Assembly: GCA_949283375.1 (NCBI GenBank)
Contig: CASDSM010000012.1
Location: forward strand, 44,827 to 108,826
Reading direction: 5' to 3'
Source: an uncultured Eubacteriales bacterium
GTDB taxonomy: Bacteria > Bacillota > Clostridia > Oscillospirales > Oscillospiraceae
Length of the DNA stretch: 64,000 nt
The notes beneath the pieces were generated by a model that saw only the letters and a list, made by a program, of their open reading frames with translations, did not search any database and was not told the DNA's origin. The position numbers and the translations under genes were made by a program. Positions 63,922-64,000 of this stretch are shown one piece after another (position 1 is the first letter of the stretch; the number at the start of each line of letters is the position of its first letter).

Positions 63922-64000
63922 ATGCCGCTGTCACAGGAGCGCGCGCCCATCTACGAGGCGCTGCAGGACTTTCGCCGGAGACGTGTGGTCCCCTTCGATG
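63922..64000 (+). CDS. Arginine/lysine/ornithine decarboxylase (SpeA-like), N-terminal fragment running off the window
   Basis: MPLSQERAPIYEALQDFRRRRVVPFD after RBS GAGGGAAGG; follows speD. Confidence 0.75.
   Translation, partial: MPLSQERAPIYEALQDFRRRRVVPFD

Overview
GC-rich (roughly 65-70% by eye) chromosomal segment of a spore-forming Clostridia-class Firmicute, with gene order typical of Oscillospiraceae/Ruminococcaceae (inference from gene content). It is mostly core genome on the + strand. Contents in order: a Moco-biosynthesis operon (moeA-like, moaC, xdhC-like, moaA, MOSC-mogA) ending in a shortened YgfK-like flavo-Fe/S protein and a GNAT; hisZGDBHAFIE; an Fe-ADH/flavodoxin/TetR/lipoprotein-flavodoxin operon; amidase, DUF4349 and serpin genes; rsmA, a G5/3D cell-wall protein and a MocR/PdxR-type regulator; spoIIIAA-AH; nusB-tsaD-like-xseAB-ispA-DUF212-dxs-tlyA-nadK-argR-recN; an AT-rich orphan nuclease-like gene; T-box tyrS; a Tat-exported flavinylated reductase and rubredoxin; lysine-riboswitch asd-dapA-dapB-ACT; queA-tgt-yajC; the SCIFF ranthipeptide pair; proC-spoIIM-xerD; a large repeat-rich glucosaminidase; tRNA-Pro; a radical-SAM pair; speD and the start of a SpeA-like decarboxylase. 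No CRISPR, prophage or transposase was seen. The most unusual signals are non-coding: (1) a ~330-nt structured, terminator-ended leader between a perfect sigmaA promoter and speD; (2) tandem perfect Firmicute XerD arms forming a dif-shaped 28-mer 1.6 kb upstream of xerD; (3) a strong + strand promoter firing antisense through the lysine riboswitch; (4) a seven-hairpin MITE-like array. The AT-rich PD-(D/E)xK-like gene with an 8-bp duplication scar and the PreA-like mini-YgfK are the most unusual coding features. Gene starts were refined by eye from RBS context, and product calls come from recognised motifs, not database searches.
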